From an uncultured Bacteroidales bacterium (lineage in GTDB: Bacteria; Bacteroidota; Bacteroidia; Bacteroidales; Bacteroidaceae): 64,000 nt of DNA. The translations under genes and the position numbers were made by a program. Location: positions 13,784-77,783 of the forward strand of contig CADCIO010000004.1 of NCBI GenBank assembly GCA_902801475.1, given 5' to 3'. This document shows positions 9,465 to 17,821 of this stretch, piece after piece. Under the pieces are notes generated by a model, which worked only from the letters and a program-made list of their open reading frames with translations, did no database searches and had not been told where the DNA came from. Numbering within the stretch: position 1 is the stretch's first letter; each line of letters begins with the position of its first letter.

Positions 9465-9472
9465 TAACTTTG
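9465..9472 (+). promoter_or_regulatory. -7 box TAACTTTG (DUF4419-like gene)
   Basis: TAnnTTTG 38 nt upstream of the ATG, preceded by TGTGAACTTTTT direct repeats. Confidence 0.5.
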
Positions 9473-9509
9473 CGGCAGAAAATGTATCATCAACTAAACA
9501 CTATGCATT

Positions 9510-11207
9510 ATGAAAGCCAATCGTACCACCTTCCTGGCAATCTTTTGCCTCTGCTTCTTCACCATCTCTTTTGGTGAGAACGCAACCGTTCAGAAAAAAT
9601 CGAAAAAGGTGCTCAAGCAAACGAAAAAGAGCATCACGTTCGTCGTGGACGAAGATTTGCCTGCCCCCAAGCAGACCTTTACGATGTTGCCATCCAATGA
9701 AATTTCCAGTCAGATTATTAGTAAGAAGGGGATTCCATACGTCGATCACAATGTGGTGAAGACCAGTTTCGATGGGGAAAAACTGTGCTATCTGGGTGAG
9801 GACAACTTCTTTAAATGTATCGTGCAGGCGTTTGCCGATCACCGTTCCCTGGTGCTGTCGCCCGACATGATGTGGCTCCTCATTGGTCAGGGCTTCTCAC
9901 GCTATGTGAATGCCCATTCTGAGGAGTTGCGCGACAAGCTGGTGTCTCATCAGGGCAAGATGACCTTGAAGGTGAACAAAGACAACAACGTCCTCGACCC
10001 CGCCAAGGGGGATTGGGCACAGTTGCTCAACGACTTCTCTGCCATGATAGCTGAAAACACGAAGGGGGAGGTGGCGGACATGATGACAGCCAACTTCTCC
10101 ACCACAGGCATGGATGAACGTATCGCCTCGCAGATCACGCTGATGGAGACCGTCAAGACCTATTTCGACTTCTGGAACGTCGCCATCTCATGTGGCATTC
10201 CCACCATCACGCTCGAAGGCACACCAGAAGACTGGCAGAAGGTGCGTGAGAAGGCACGTGGCTTATCGAAGTATGGTCTTGAGAGATGGGCGAACGAATT
10301 GGACCCCATCCTTGCCGAATTCGTCAAGGCATCGGAAGGGAAACCCAATCAGGCGTTCTGGGAGAATATGGTGATGAAATACCGCGTGGAGAAGTTCAAG
10401 TCCAAGAAATGGTGTGGTGGATATGTTCCCAACGAAACCACCCGTCTGGATGGCTGGTTCCTGAAGTTCTTCCCCAATGAACATGGATATACACAAGACG
10501 ACATACTCTATACGGAAAGTATGCCAACGGAGATGGCACGCGGCAACTTCAAACAGGAATACATTGATCCCGTCACAGGCGCGTCAATGAAGGTCGTCCC
10601 TGTGCAGCTTTGGGCTGGATTTGTGGGCGTGCAGGTGGATGAAAAGACGGGTGCCCTCACCCCCAAGATTGGCTGGTTTGCCCGCATCGGCGATGATGAA
10701 CAAGAAAAACTCTCACGCCTGTATCAGATAGAAAGACACGGGGGACTCTCCTATTCTTATCTTCATGAAACAGACACCCTGCCAGGCATCCTCGCCAAGA
10801 TGTCGGGCATCAGCAAACTGACGCTCCGTTTCAACCAGTACCCCGTCAACATCCCTGCATGGGTGGACAACATGAAGATAGGCAAACTCCGCATCGACGG
10901 CAGACTCTCCGATGCAGAAGAAGCCCAGCTGCGCCAGCGGTTCCCCGAAGCCGAAATCAACAACGCCAAGAAACGGGAATTGATTGGAGAGGATGCCATC
11001 AAAGAGGAGGAAGCCACGAAAGTAATTGTGTTTGACAAGACGCCTGACAAAGCGGAGATAGATCGTGTGATTCAAGCTGAGACTGAGGGCAATGAGCTAC
11101 CTGTGCCCACCTCGGAGAAATCCGGTCCCATCAAAGCAATAGACATGTCCGAATTTGAGAGCATCGGTTTATTTGACCCATCCGACATCCGACAAGTGCT
11201 GGAATGA
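9510..11207 (+). CDS. secreted DUF4419-like protein with a C-terminal extension
   Basis: 565-aa ORF with a signal-like N-terminus. 'SPDMMWLLIGQGFSRYVNAHSEELRDKLVSHQGKMTLKV' resembles the conserved DUF4419 N-terminal block as I recall it. The last ~150 aa are additional to that domain. Confidence 0.55.
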   Translation: MKANRTTFLAIFCLCFFTISFGENATVQKKSKKVLKQTKKSITFVVDEDLPAPKQTFTMLPSNEISSQIISKKGIPYVDHNVVKTSFDGEKLCYLGEDNFFKCIVQAFADHRSLVLSPDMMWLLIGQGFSRYVNAHSEELRDKLVSHQGKMTLKVNKDNNVLDPAKGDWAQLLNDFSAMIAENTKGEVADMMTANFSTTGMDERIASQITLMETVKTYFDFWNVAISCGIPTITLEGTPEDWQKVREKARGLSKYGLERWANELDPILAEFVKASEGKPNQAFWENMVMKYRVEKFKSKKWCGGYVPNETTRLDGWFLKFFPNEHGYTQDDILYTESMPTEMARGNFKQEYIDPVTGASMKVVPVQLWAGFVGVQVDEKTGALTPKIGWFARIGDDEQEKLSRLYQIERHGGLSYSYLHETDTLPGILAKMSGISKLTLRFNQYPVNIPAWVDNMKIGKLRIDGRLSDAEEAQLRQRFPEAEINNAKKRELIGEDAIKEEEATKVIVFDKTPDKAEIDRVIQAETEGNELPVPTSEKSGPIKAIDMSEFESIGLFDPSDIRQVLE

Positions 11208-11265
11208 AAATAAATTCTTGTATATATTGTATCACTAATAAATTGTATCACTAAAAGGTTTACAC

Positions 11266-12321
11266 ATGATGAAAAGATTAGCAACACTCTTTATCGTCTT
11301 GTTGCCCACCCTCGGCGTTTGGGCACAGAAGAACCAGTACGTGGGACAGCTGGACAGCATTGTCGTTCGTGATGACAACCAGCCAGAACAAACAAGGAAA
11401 TTTGAGTTCTCTTATACAGAGGAAGGGAAAGTGGAACGGATTCTGTATTACGATTGGACTGAAAATGAAACATGGTCTTTGACACACAAAAGAGAGTTCT
11501 TCTATGACGAGCAAGGCAACGACACTTTGTGCATCTTCCGTTTCCTTGATAATGATGGAGAATGGAAGATTGGGGAAAAATCCTACAACACTTACGGAAG
11601 TGACGGAAAGATTCATCGGTCAGGATGGATGGACGGTCTTGACAGAGATGAAGGCCTTCAGATGGGAAATTATAGGGATTACCTATATGATGAACAGGGA
11701 CATTTGCAATCAACATTCGATTATAGGAAGAGAAATGGAGAGTGGAAAAAAACGGACGTGATTCACTATGAATATGATATCATGGGGAACCAAGTCAAGG
11801 TGGTGGACGAAGATTTGGATGCTAATCCCATGACGAAGAACGTGGAAATCAGGTATTATGACGAGAAAGGGAGGATGACGGCATCCATAGATTCCATTTA
11901 TGATGGGGAGGAAGCAAGAGCGTGGAAAAGGTGTGAGATCTCGTACAACGGAGATTGGATGAATGAAGTGAAAATCATTCTGCAGCTGAGGGATCATGGA
12001 GAAAGAGAATCCATGCAAGATTACCTGTTTGACGCTCAAGGCAACCTCTTGCAGGCAAGGATTTACAGAAGAACGGGGCAGACAAAGTGGACACACGTCT
12101 TTTCCGAGACTTACATCTATGATCTGAATCAGGAAGGGGCATCTATCATGGGAAATGATCTGATACCCAAGATGGTGAACCTGAGGAATCCCCTGTACAT
12201 GGACGCCAAGTATCATCATAAGCTCATGCAGAAGTCACGTTTTTGGCATCTGGACGAAGACGAGGATGATGAGGAAGAGGACGAAATAACTGAAACACGC
12301 TTATATTATACGCTATTTTGA
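11266..12321 (+). CDS. small secreted YD-repeat (RHS-repeat-like) protein with an acidic tail
   Basis: 351 aa with signal peptide '...LLPTLGVWAQ'. It has repeated Y-D/T-x-x-G motifs (YTEEGK, YDEQGN, YGSDGK, YDEQGH, YDIMGN, YDEKGR, FDAQGN) and a C-terminal 'DEDEDDEEEDE' run. Confidence 0.65.
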   Translation: MMKRLATLFIVLLPTLGVWAQKNQYVGQLDSIVVRDDNQPEQTRKFEFSYTEEGKVERILYYDWTENETWSLTHKREFFYDEQGNDTLCIFRFLDNDGEWKIGEKSYNTYGSDGKIHRSGWMDGLDRDEGLQMGNYRDYLYDEQGHLQSTFDYRKRNGEWKKTDVIHYEYDIMGNQVKVVDEDLDANPMTKNVEIRYYDEKGRMTASIDSIYDGEEARAWKRCEISYNGDWMNEVKIILQLRDHGERESMQDYLFDAQGNLLQARIYRRTGQTKWTHVFSETYIYDLNQEGASIMGNDLIPKMVNLRNPLYMDAKYHHKLMQKSRFWHLDEDEDDEEEDEITETRLYYTLF

Positions 12322-12400
12322 AAAAAGTTGCATTTTTTTGTTTACTTTGCAACACTTATACGTTTTATCAACAGAAACAACCAACAAAACCATAACAATA

Positions 12401-13891
12401 ATGAAGAAACTATCATTCATTTTGATTCTGCTTGCCCTCGTATCATGCGCTTGGGCACAGACAAACCAGTACACAGAGCGTCTGGACAGCATCATTTCGG
12501 ACTTGGCATATGGGAGTCCGTCAAAGTTTGTGTTCCATTACGATGAAGAGGGACGACTGGTGAAACAGTTGTTCTATAGCAAGTGGGATGGTAAATGGAC
12601 GAATGCAGAACAGCGGATCTATGCCTATGATGAGAAAGGACGAGTCACGACTGTGAGCACCTATTCCCTGGAGGAGAAAAATGTGGCACCTACTCGCGAA
12701 CGAGTTGAATACGATGACAAGGGACGCATCGCCTTGTGGGTGTATGAGGTCTTTGACAAGGAACGGGGTGAATGGTACGCATCCATGCATAGCGGCGAAC
12801 GGAAGTACGAGTACGACGCTCAGGGGAATCAGATCAGCGATACGTATGGTATTCGCTCCCCTCTCCTGAATGGCAAGTTCAGAGAGATTCAGAAGTCGGA
12901 AAAAGACTATGACAAGAAGGGGCGGCTCATCACCCAACGCGACTATAGGCGCGAATACAAGAACGAAAAGGACGAGATGAAGCTGAATATCACGCACCAC
13001 TACACCTATGACAAGCAAGGGCGGCTCAAGAGCGTCGTAAGGGAGAGTGAAGACGATTACTATAACAGAGAAGAGCATTATACCTACGACAAGCAGGGAC
13101 GCCTCACTTCCATGACGGAAGGAGGAACAAAAACGCCCAAAAAGGAGGAATACTATTATGACTCGCATGGCAACCTGATTCAGATAGCCACTTTCTTTTT
13201 GTTTGATGGAGAATGGGATCATGAGTGGACCAAGACGTTCACCTACGACCAGAACACGCCCGTCTCTTCCGTGATGGGACTCACCTGCCCAGAGGTGCTC
13301 AGTACCGACAACTTCTTGAAGAATAAACTCAACCTGACGAGCAAGCCTCTCAGCGTGTCTGAGAATTGGATGGACGCAACTCGTTATCATGAGAGCAGAG
13401 AGGTCGTTTATTATTACTCTGACATTGAGGAACCTGCCCCACCCTCTTCCTCAAACAACATCTACTTGAGCCAGATGGACTCCGTGAAGCGAAATGAATA
13501 TTTGATGAAGCTTGCCAGAGAGGTTGTCCTGAACTTCGGCCCTGACTACTATCGAGACAACATGAATCCCACTATTTCAGACCTGAGAGTATTCTCCGAC
13601 AGCAGCATGGTGGAACGATTCCCTGAAGCCCAACAGAATTTAGGTCGGAAATACTATGTGGTCACCATCCCCTATGACCACGCCCAGGAACAACTCGAAT
13701 GGGATTATGCCGCCAAGGTGGAGATTTGGGAAGATGATGGAGAGCCCAAAGGCGTGATGTTCGGTTGCAATTTGGGGTATCACTTCACCTTCACTTCCTA
13801 TCGTGAATGGGTGAAGATGGGCATCAAGCGTGGCGAAATCATGCCTTACCAGCACTACACCATCAAACCTGAAAAGATCGTGTACAAATAA
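12401..13891 (+). CDS. small secreted YD-repeat protein, paralog of 11266..12321, with a distinct C-terminal domain
   Basis: The start was set at 'MKKLSFILILLALVSCAWAQ'. There are at least 9 YD motifs (YDEEGR, YDEKGR, YDDKGR, YDAQGN, YDKKGR, YDKQGR x2, YDSHGN...). A C-terminal domain of ~150 aa has no repeats. Confidence 0.65.
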   Translation: MKKLSFILILLALVSCAWAQTNQYTERLDSIISDLAYGSPSKFVFHYDEEGRLVKQLFYSKWDGKWTNAEQRIYAYDEKGRVTTVSTYSLEEKNVAPTRERVEYDDKGRIALWVYEVFDKERGEWYASMHSGERKYEYDAQGNQISDTYGIRSPLLNGKFREIQKSEKDYDKKGRLITQRDYRREYKNEKDEMKLNITHHYTYDKQGRLKSVVRESEDDYYNREEHYTYDKQGRLTSMTEGGTKTPKKEEYYYDSHGNLIQIATFFLFDGEWDHEWTKTFTYDQNTPVSSVMGLTCPEVLSTDNFLKNKLNLTSKPLSVSENWMDATRYHESREVVYYYSDIEEPAPPSSSNNIYLSQMDSVKRNEYLMKLAREVVLNFGPDYYRDNMNPTISDLRVFSDSSMVERFPEAQQNLGRKYYVVTIPYDHAQEQLEWDYAAKVEIWEDDGEPKGVMFGCNLGYHFTFTSYREWVKMGIKRGEIMPYQHYTIKPEKIVYK

Positions 13892-13907
13892 ACATGGGCA
13901 ACTAACT

Positions 13908-13958
13908 GTCTTACCCTGAAAAACGTTGAATCCAAAACAACGTTTTTCAGGGTAAGAC
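13908..13958. terminator. 21-bp perfect hairpin after the second YD-repeat gene
   Basis: GTCTTACCCTGAAAAACGTTG, a 9-nt loop, then CAACGTTTTTCAGGGTAAGAC. There is no clear U-tract, so the function (terminator or other) is uncertain. Confidence 0.55.
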
Positions 13959-14104
13959 ACAAAAACGACGATGAAAAAGATGATTCATCTTTATAATCCT
14001 TCTAATCCTTTCAATCATCGCGCAGCGATATGTTTATAAAGAACATGTGCCTTCTGTACAATTAAAAAGATGAAAAGGATTTGAAAGAAAATGGGAAAAA
14101 CACG

Positions 14105-14112
14105 TATCTTTG
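14105..14112 (+). promoter_or_regulatory. -7 box TATCTTTG (ECF sigma operon)
   Basis: TAnnTTTG ~100 nt upstream of the sigma-factor ATG. Confidence 0.45.
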
Positions 14113-14211
14113 CCCTTGAAATGTTAAAATGCAGCTTTGATGTAAAAAAGTTGTTCCTTAGATTATATATTTTTCGAAAACGGGTAATATAGGTGTAGAA
14201 GACATTGAAGA

Positions 14212-14745
14212 ATGACACCTGACGAGAATCAGATAAGGAACTTGGTAAAACAGCATGCAGCGGATGTATTCTGGTTTGTTGCACGTCTCATTCCTCGGCG
14301 TGAGGATGCTGAGGATGTGGCACAGGATGTCTTTGTTGCTGCTTATCAGAGCCTGACACAATATGATGCAGAGAGAGCGAGTTTCAAGACCTGGTTGTTC
14401 CGCATTGCCTACAATATGGTGCTGAAACGTCTTCGAGACGGGAAGAGATTGTCGTTTGTGGAGATGAAGGGAGATGAGTTGGAGGCGATTGCAGACGATG
14501 CAGCAGACGAGATTCTCAACGAATCGTTACCAAGTCGGGCGACTCTGCTTGAACCAGCTGTAAGACAGTTGTCGGACGATGACCAATTGCTGTTGATTCT
14601 GTATTACCACAACAGTAAATCTCTACGTGAGATAGCCTACATCACCGGTCATTCGGAGAGTTACTTGGCTTCACGATTGCAATATCTGAGAAAGAAATTA
14701 AGTACTATCATCATCAAACTCGAACAAGATGGAAAAGAACATTAA
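14212..14745 (+). CDS. RNA polymerase ECF-type sigma-70 factor
   Basis: 177 aa. Region 2 is 'REDAEDVAQDVFVAAYQSL...FKTWLFRIAYN' and the region 4 HTH is 'SLREIAYITGHSESYLASRLQYLRKKL'. Confidence 0.88.
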   Translation: MTPDENQIRNLVKQHAADVFWFVARLIPRREDAEDVAQDVFVAAYQSLTQYDAERASFKTWLFRIAYNMVLKRLRDGKRLSFVEMKGDELEAIADDAADEILNESLPSRATLLEPAVRQLSDDDQLLLILYYHNSKSLREIAYITGHSESYLASRLQYLRKKLSTIIIKLEQDGKEH

Positions 14746-15460
14746 ACATCAAGACGAGCTACTGCGCACAGTAATGCATCGAGTGGCTGAAGATACAGAA
14801 AGGATGAGTCTTTCTGACGACTTCGCTGACCGACTGATACAACGTATCAAGCAGGAAGAAGCAGCGAAGAGGACAAGAATGCTGCACAAGCGCATTTGGT
14901 TCAGCGTGGGAATAGCGGCAGTAATCCTTCTGCTATTGGTGATGGGATTCTGGTTGAACGGCCAATTCAACAAAGAGCCTGAACTTATCGCACAGACAGA
15001 CACCACAAAGCCCGCCCCACAGGTAGAAGAGGGGCAAAGGGCAAAGAGTGAGGGGCAAGGAGCAAGGGAGGAAGAGCCAGAGACGAAGCAAAAGCCTGTG
15101 GAGAAAGCGGATAGCGTGAACAAGGTGAAGGAAATGGAAAGAGTGCCAAGACCACCAAAGAGGTATATGGCAAGAGACGTGGAGAAGGAGATTGTACAAC
15201 CAGAGAGGAATGTACGACTTGATGCAATTGTCTTCACAGAGCCACCTTATCTGTTCTTACAAAGAAATCCTATGGAGGAGTTTTTAAGTGAAAGGTTTCA
15301 GGAAAGAGAGGAAGCGATAGAACACGATGATTATTCCATAGAATCAATCAATCAACAACAACTCTCCAAGACTTTTGAAGATGTGGAACGTGACATCCGA
15401 ATACGTGGGGAGCGGATGAACCAAGCAATGGAATTGGCAATGAGTGACGATTTCGACTAA
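14729..15460 (+). CDS. putative anti-sigma factor (single-pass membrane protein)
   Basis: It overlaps the sigma gene by 17 nt and has one TM segment, 'IWFSVGIAAVILLLLVMGFWL', followed by a charged low-complexity periplasmic part. The call rests on position and topology only; no zinc-finger anti-sigma motif is visible. Confidence 0.45.
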   Translation: MEKNIKHQDELLRTVMHRVAEDTERMSLSDDFADRLIQRIKQEEAAKRTRMLHKRIWFSVGIAAVILLLLVMGFWLNGQFNKEPELIAQTDTTKPAPQVEEGQRAKSEGQGAREEEPETKQKPVEKADSVNKVKEMERVPRPPKRYMARDVEKEIVQPERNVRLDAIVFTEPPYLFLQRNPMEEFLSERFQEREEAIEHDDYSIESINQQQLSKTFEDVERDIRIRGERMNQAMELAMSDDFD

Positions 15461-15479
15461 TCAATAAAACCAGATCTAT

Positions 15480-16727
15480 ATGAAAAGAGTTAACATCATA
15501 CTTACCACCCTATGGCTGGCGTTAAGCTTGCAGGCACAGACCAACCCTAAAATCGCCAGTTTGGTGGACAAGGCGTATTCCATAGAAGGGAGTCATGTGA
15601 CGTATCTCTGTGGCTACAATGGCACCTATTACGAAAGTGTCACCATATTCCTTGAGTCCAACCCCGATGCCCGTTCCATCAAGTTCGCCAACGATTCCAT
15701 CACCCAACTGACAGACAGCATCATACGTCTTAACAATCAAGCAGCCCGACCTGTTTATGATGCCATCCGAAAGACCTGCCGTTCACTCGCACAAGATGCG
15801 GATGAGAGCAACATGTGGGAATACCATCACGACGGGACAGACAGCATCAAATATGCCATTATGCTAAAAAATGGGAAAAGCCTATATAGTATTAACAGGG
15901 GCAGTTGGAGGATGATTGTTGACTCATACCAACAGCCACTCTTTTCCACGTTGACCGGTCAGGAAGCACTCAAATATGAGTACAACCCCATAATGCCCAT
16001 AAAAGATTCTCAGCAATACGAGCACGAGGATTGGCCACTAAAGGGACAGGGACAACTCGACTATCGCTACGATGTCGATACGGTGAGAGGAGAGATTGAA
16101 CCTTTTGATAAGAAAGACTACAGCAAGAGGATAGATAAATTGTTCAGCAATGTCCCCAACGTGACCAGCCGTTCCATTCACCTCAGCCACGACTCCATCA
16201 CGTCCTTTAGTCCAAACACAAACATGATGGCATTTTATGTTCATGCACCCTATCAGAGAGGAGATTATGACGAGCAGACTCATCGGTGGGTAACAAGAAG
16301 GCTCAGACCCACATCGGAAAGCAAGGGAATGCTCTACACAACACACTCGAAGGAACTGGCTGATTCCCTGCTCCAGCAAATCGTCCTCACCACAAAGGCA
16401 TATCTCAAGAAGCATCCCCATATCAGGCACAAATTCCACCCTAAAGTCAGATACGAGGAGAAACTATGTCCTGTCTTCTCTGGCGAGAACGGATCGGGTG
16501 CCGTTGAGGATTATCGCATCTTCGTGCATCGAGACCAAAACAACGAGTACCATATCCTCACTTTCGACACGAAGGGAGAGTTGTGGATACCTTTGGAGTG
16601 GCCTGAACTGAAAACATGGAAGAATGGAGAAGCCACCTACTACTCTCGCAAGATGAGCGAGACAGAATTCTCCATTTACACTCGCAGTAGGGAAAAGGAA
16701 GAAAGAACATGGGAGAGTCCCCGATAG
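15480..16727 (+). CDS. secreted protein of unknown function (paralog A)
   Basis: 415 aa with signal peptide '...LALSLQAQ'. It shares blocks with the next gene ('IRKTCRSLAQDADESNMWEYHHDGTDSIKYAIML', 'HSKELADSLLQQI...KKHPH'). Confidence 0.6.
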   Translation: MKRVNIILTTLWLALSLQAQTNPKIASLVDKAYSIEGSHVTYLCGYNGTYYESVTIFLESNPDARSIKFANDSITQLTDSIIRLNNQAARPVYDAIRKTCRSLAQDADESNMWEYHHDGTDSIKYAIMLKNGKSLYSINRGSWRMIVDSYQQPLFSTLTGQEALKYEYNPIMPIKDSQQYEHEDWPLKGQGQLDYRYDVDTVRGEIEPFDKKDYSKRIDKLFSNVPNVTSRSIHLSHDSITSFSPNTNMMAFYVHAPYQRGDYDEQTHRWVTRRLRPTSESKGMLYTTHSKELADSLLQQIVLTTKAYLKKHPHIRHKFHPKVRYEEKLCPVFSGENGSGAVEDYRIFVHRDQNNEYHILTFDTKGELWIPLEWPELKTWKNGEATYYSRKMSETEFSIYTRSREKEERTWESPR

Positions 16728-16753
16728 TCATTCATCAACAAAAAAGAAAGAAT

Positions 16754-17794
16754 ATGAAAAAAGGCATCATCATACTTGGAGCAATGCTCTTCTCTCTCTG
16801 CACTTGGGCACAGGGAAGTGAACGGCTGCGCGACTACCAAATACCAGCAAAATTGGAGGAATTTCTCCAATATGCAGACTCGTTGGGGTATAGGGCAAAT
16901 GTCCATTACATACAACGTGAGACACGTAAAGTGAGCGTCTCTTTTAGCCATTTCGTCAGGAAGGATGAAAATGTCGCGTTGCTTTTGGACTCAGTTCGTC
17001 ACACTTTCCATGCTCTTGCCGACGAAGCCCAAGAGACTTTCTTTTGGGAATCACACAAGGACGGTGTAGACAGCGTGGAATACGCCTTACATTTAGATAA
17101 GGGCAACCTGAAATTCACCTACAAACCCAGTTCATTAGTTTATTTAGACTTTATGTATCAGGTGGACAGCATCAAACATCCCATCACAGAAAAAATCGAC
17201 AAGAGAGGGTATTGGAAAATGCTCAAAAAAGTCCTGAAAAGAAAGGGGGTCAGCAAACAGAAGTTCTATATCTATAACGACAGCACCCACATCATTCCAA
17301 GGGAAGATCAATTCGTGGGAGGCTCCCATTCACAGAATCCGAACATCGAACATCGTGGCATCATCTATACTATTGCATCGAAGGAACTGGCAGATGAACT
17401 CAAGCAGGAGATATTACAGGAAACGTGGAGTTATATTGACAAACACCCCAATACCATGTTCACCATCAACCCTGATGTCACTCAAGGTGAAATCGTCGTA
17501 TTTCTCTCTGCTGAAGGACAAAAGTATCGAATACAGGAAATGTTCACGCTAGCACTGCGCAACAATCGGGACACATACCAGATTGTGGCTTGCGACTTCA
17601 ACGGAGACCAATATCTGTCTGCTGATTTGACGGGACTCAAGAGCTACAAGAACGGCAAGAAGGTTTATCACAAAAACCAAGAGCCAGCACCAGTTCTTCC
17701 AACAACTCCTGCTGCTCCTACCACGAATACATCAAAATCTTCAGAAGGAAAGAAGAAAATCACTTTCCCCCCAGTCTTTAATCACGTAAAATAA
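16754..17794 (+). CDS. secreted protein of unknown function (paralog B)
   Basis: The start was set at 'MKKGIIILGAMLFSLCTWAQ'. Blocks homologous to paralog A: 'VRHTFHALADEAQETFFWESHKDGVDSVEYALHL' and 'ASKELADELKQEI...DKHPN'. It ends in a Pro/Thr-rich tail. Confidence 0.6.
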   Translation: MKKGIIILGAMLFSLCTWAQGSERLRDYQIPAKLEEFLQYADSLGYRANVHYIQRETRKVSVSFSHFVRKDENVALLLDSVRHTFHALADEAQETFFWESHKDGVDSVEYALHLDKGNLKFTYKPSSLVYLDFMYQVDSIKHPITEKIDKRGYWKMLKKVLKRKGVSKQKFYIYNDSTHIIPREDQFVGGSHSQNPNIEHRGIIYTIASKELADELKQEILQETWSYIDKHPNTMFTINPDVTQGEIVVFLSAEGQKYRIQEMFTLALRNNRDTYQIVACDFNGDQYLSADLTGLKSYKNGKKVYHKNQEPAPVLPTTPAAPTTNTSKSSEGKKKITFPPVFNHVK

Positions 17795-17818
17795 ACATTT
17801 AATCACGTAAAATAAACA
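17777..17818. repeat. perfect 21-bp tandem duplication TTTAATCACGTAAAATAAACA x2 spanning the stop codon of 16754..17794
   Basis: Read directly. 17777-17797 and 17798-17818 are identical. Confidence 0.9.
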
Positions 17819-17821
17819 ATC

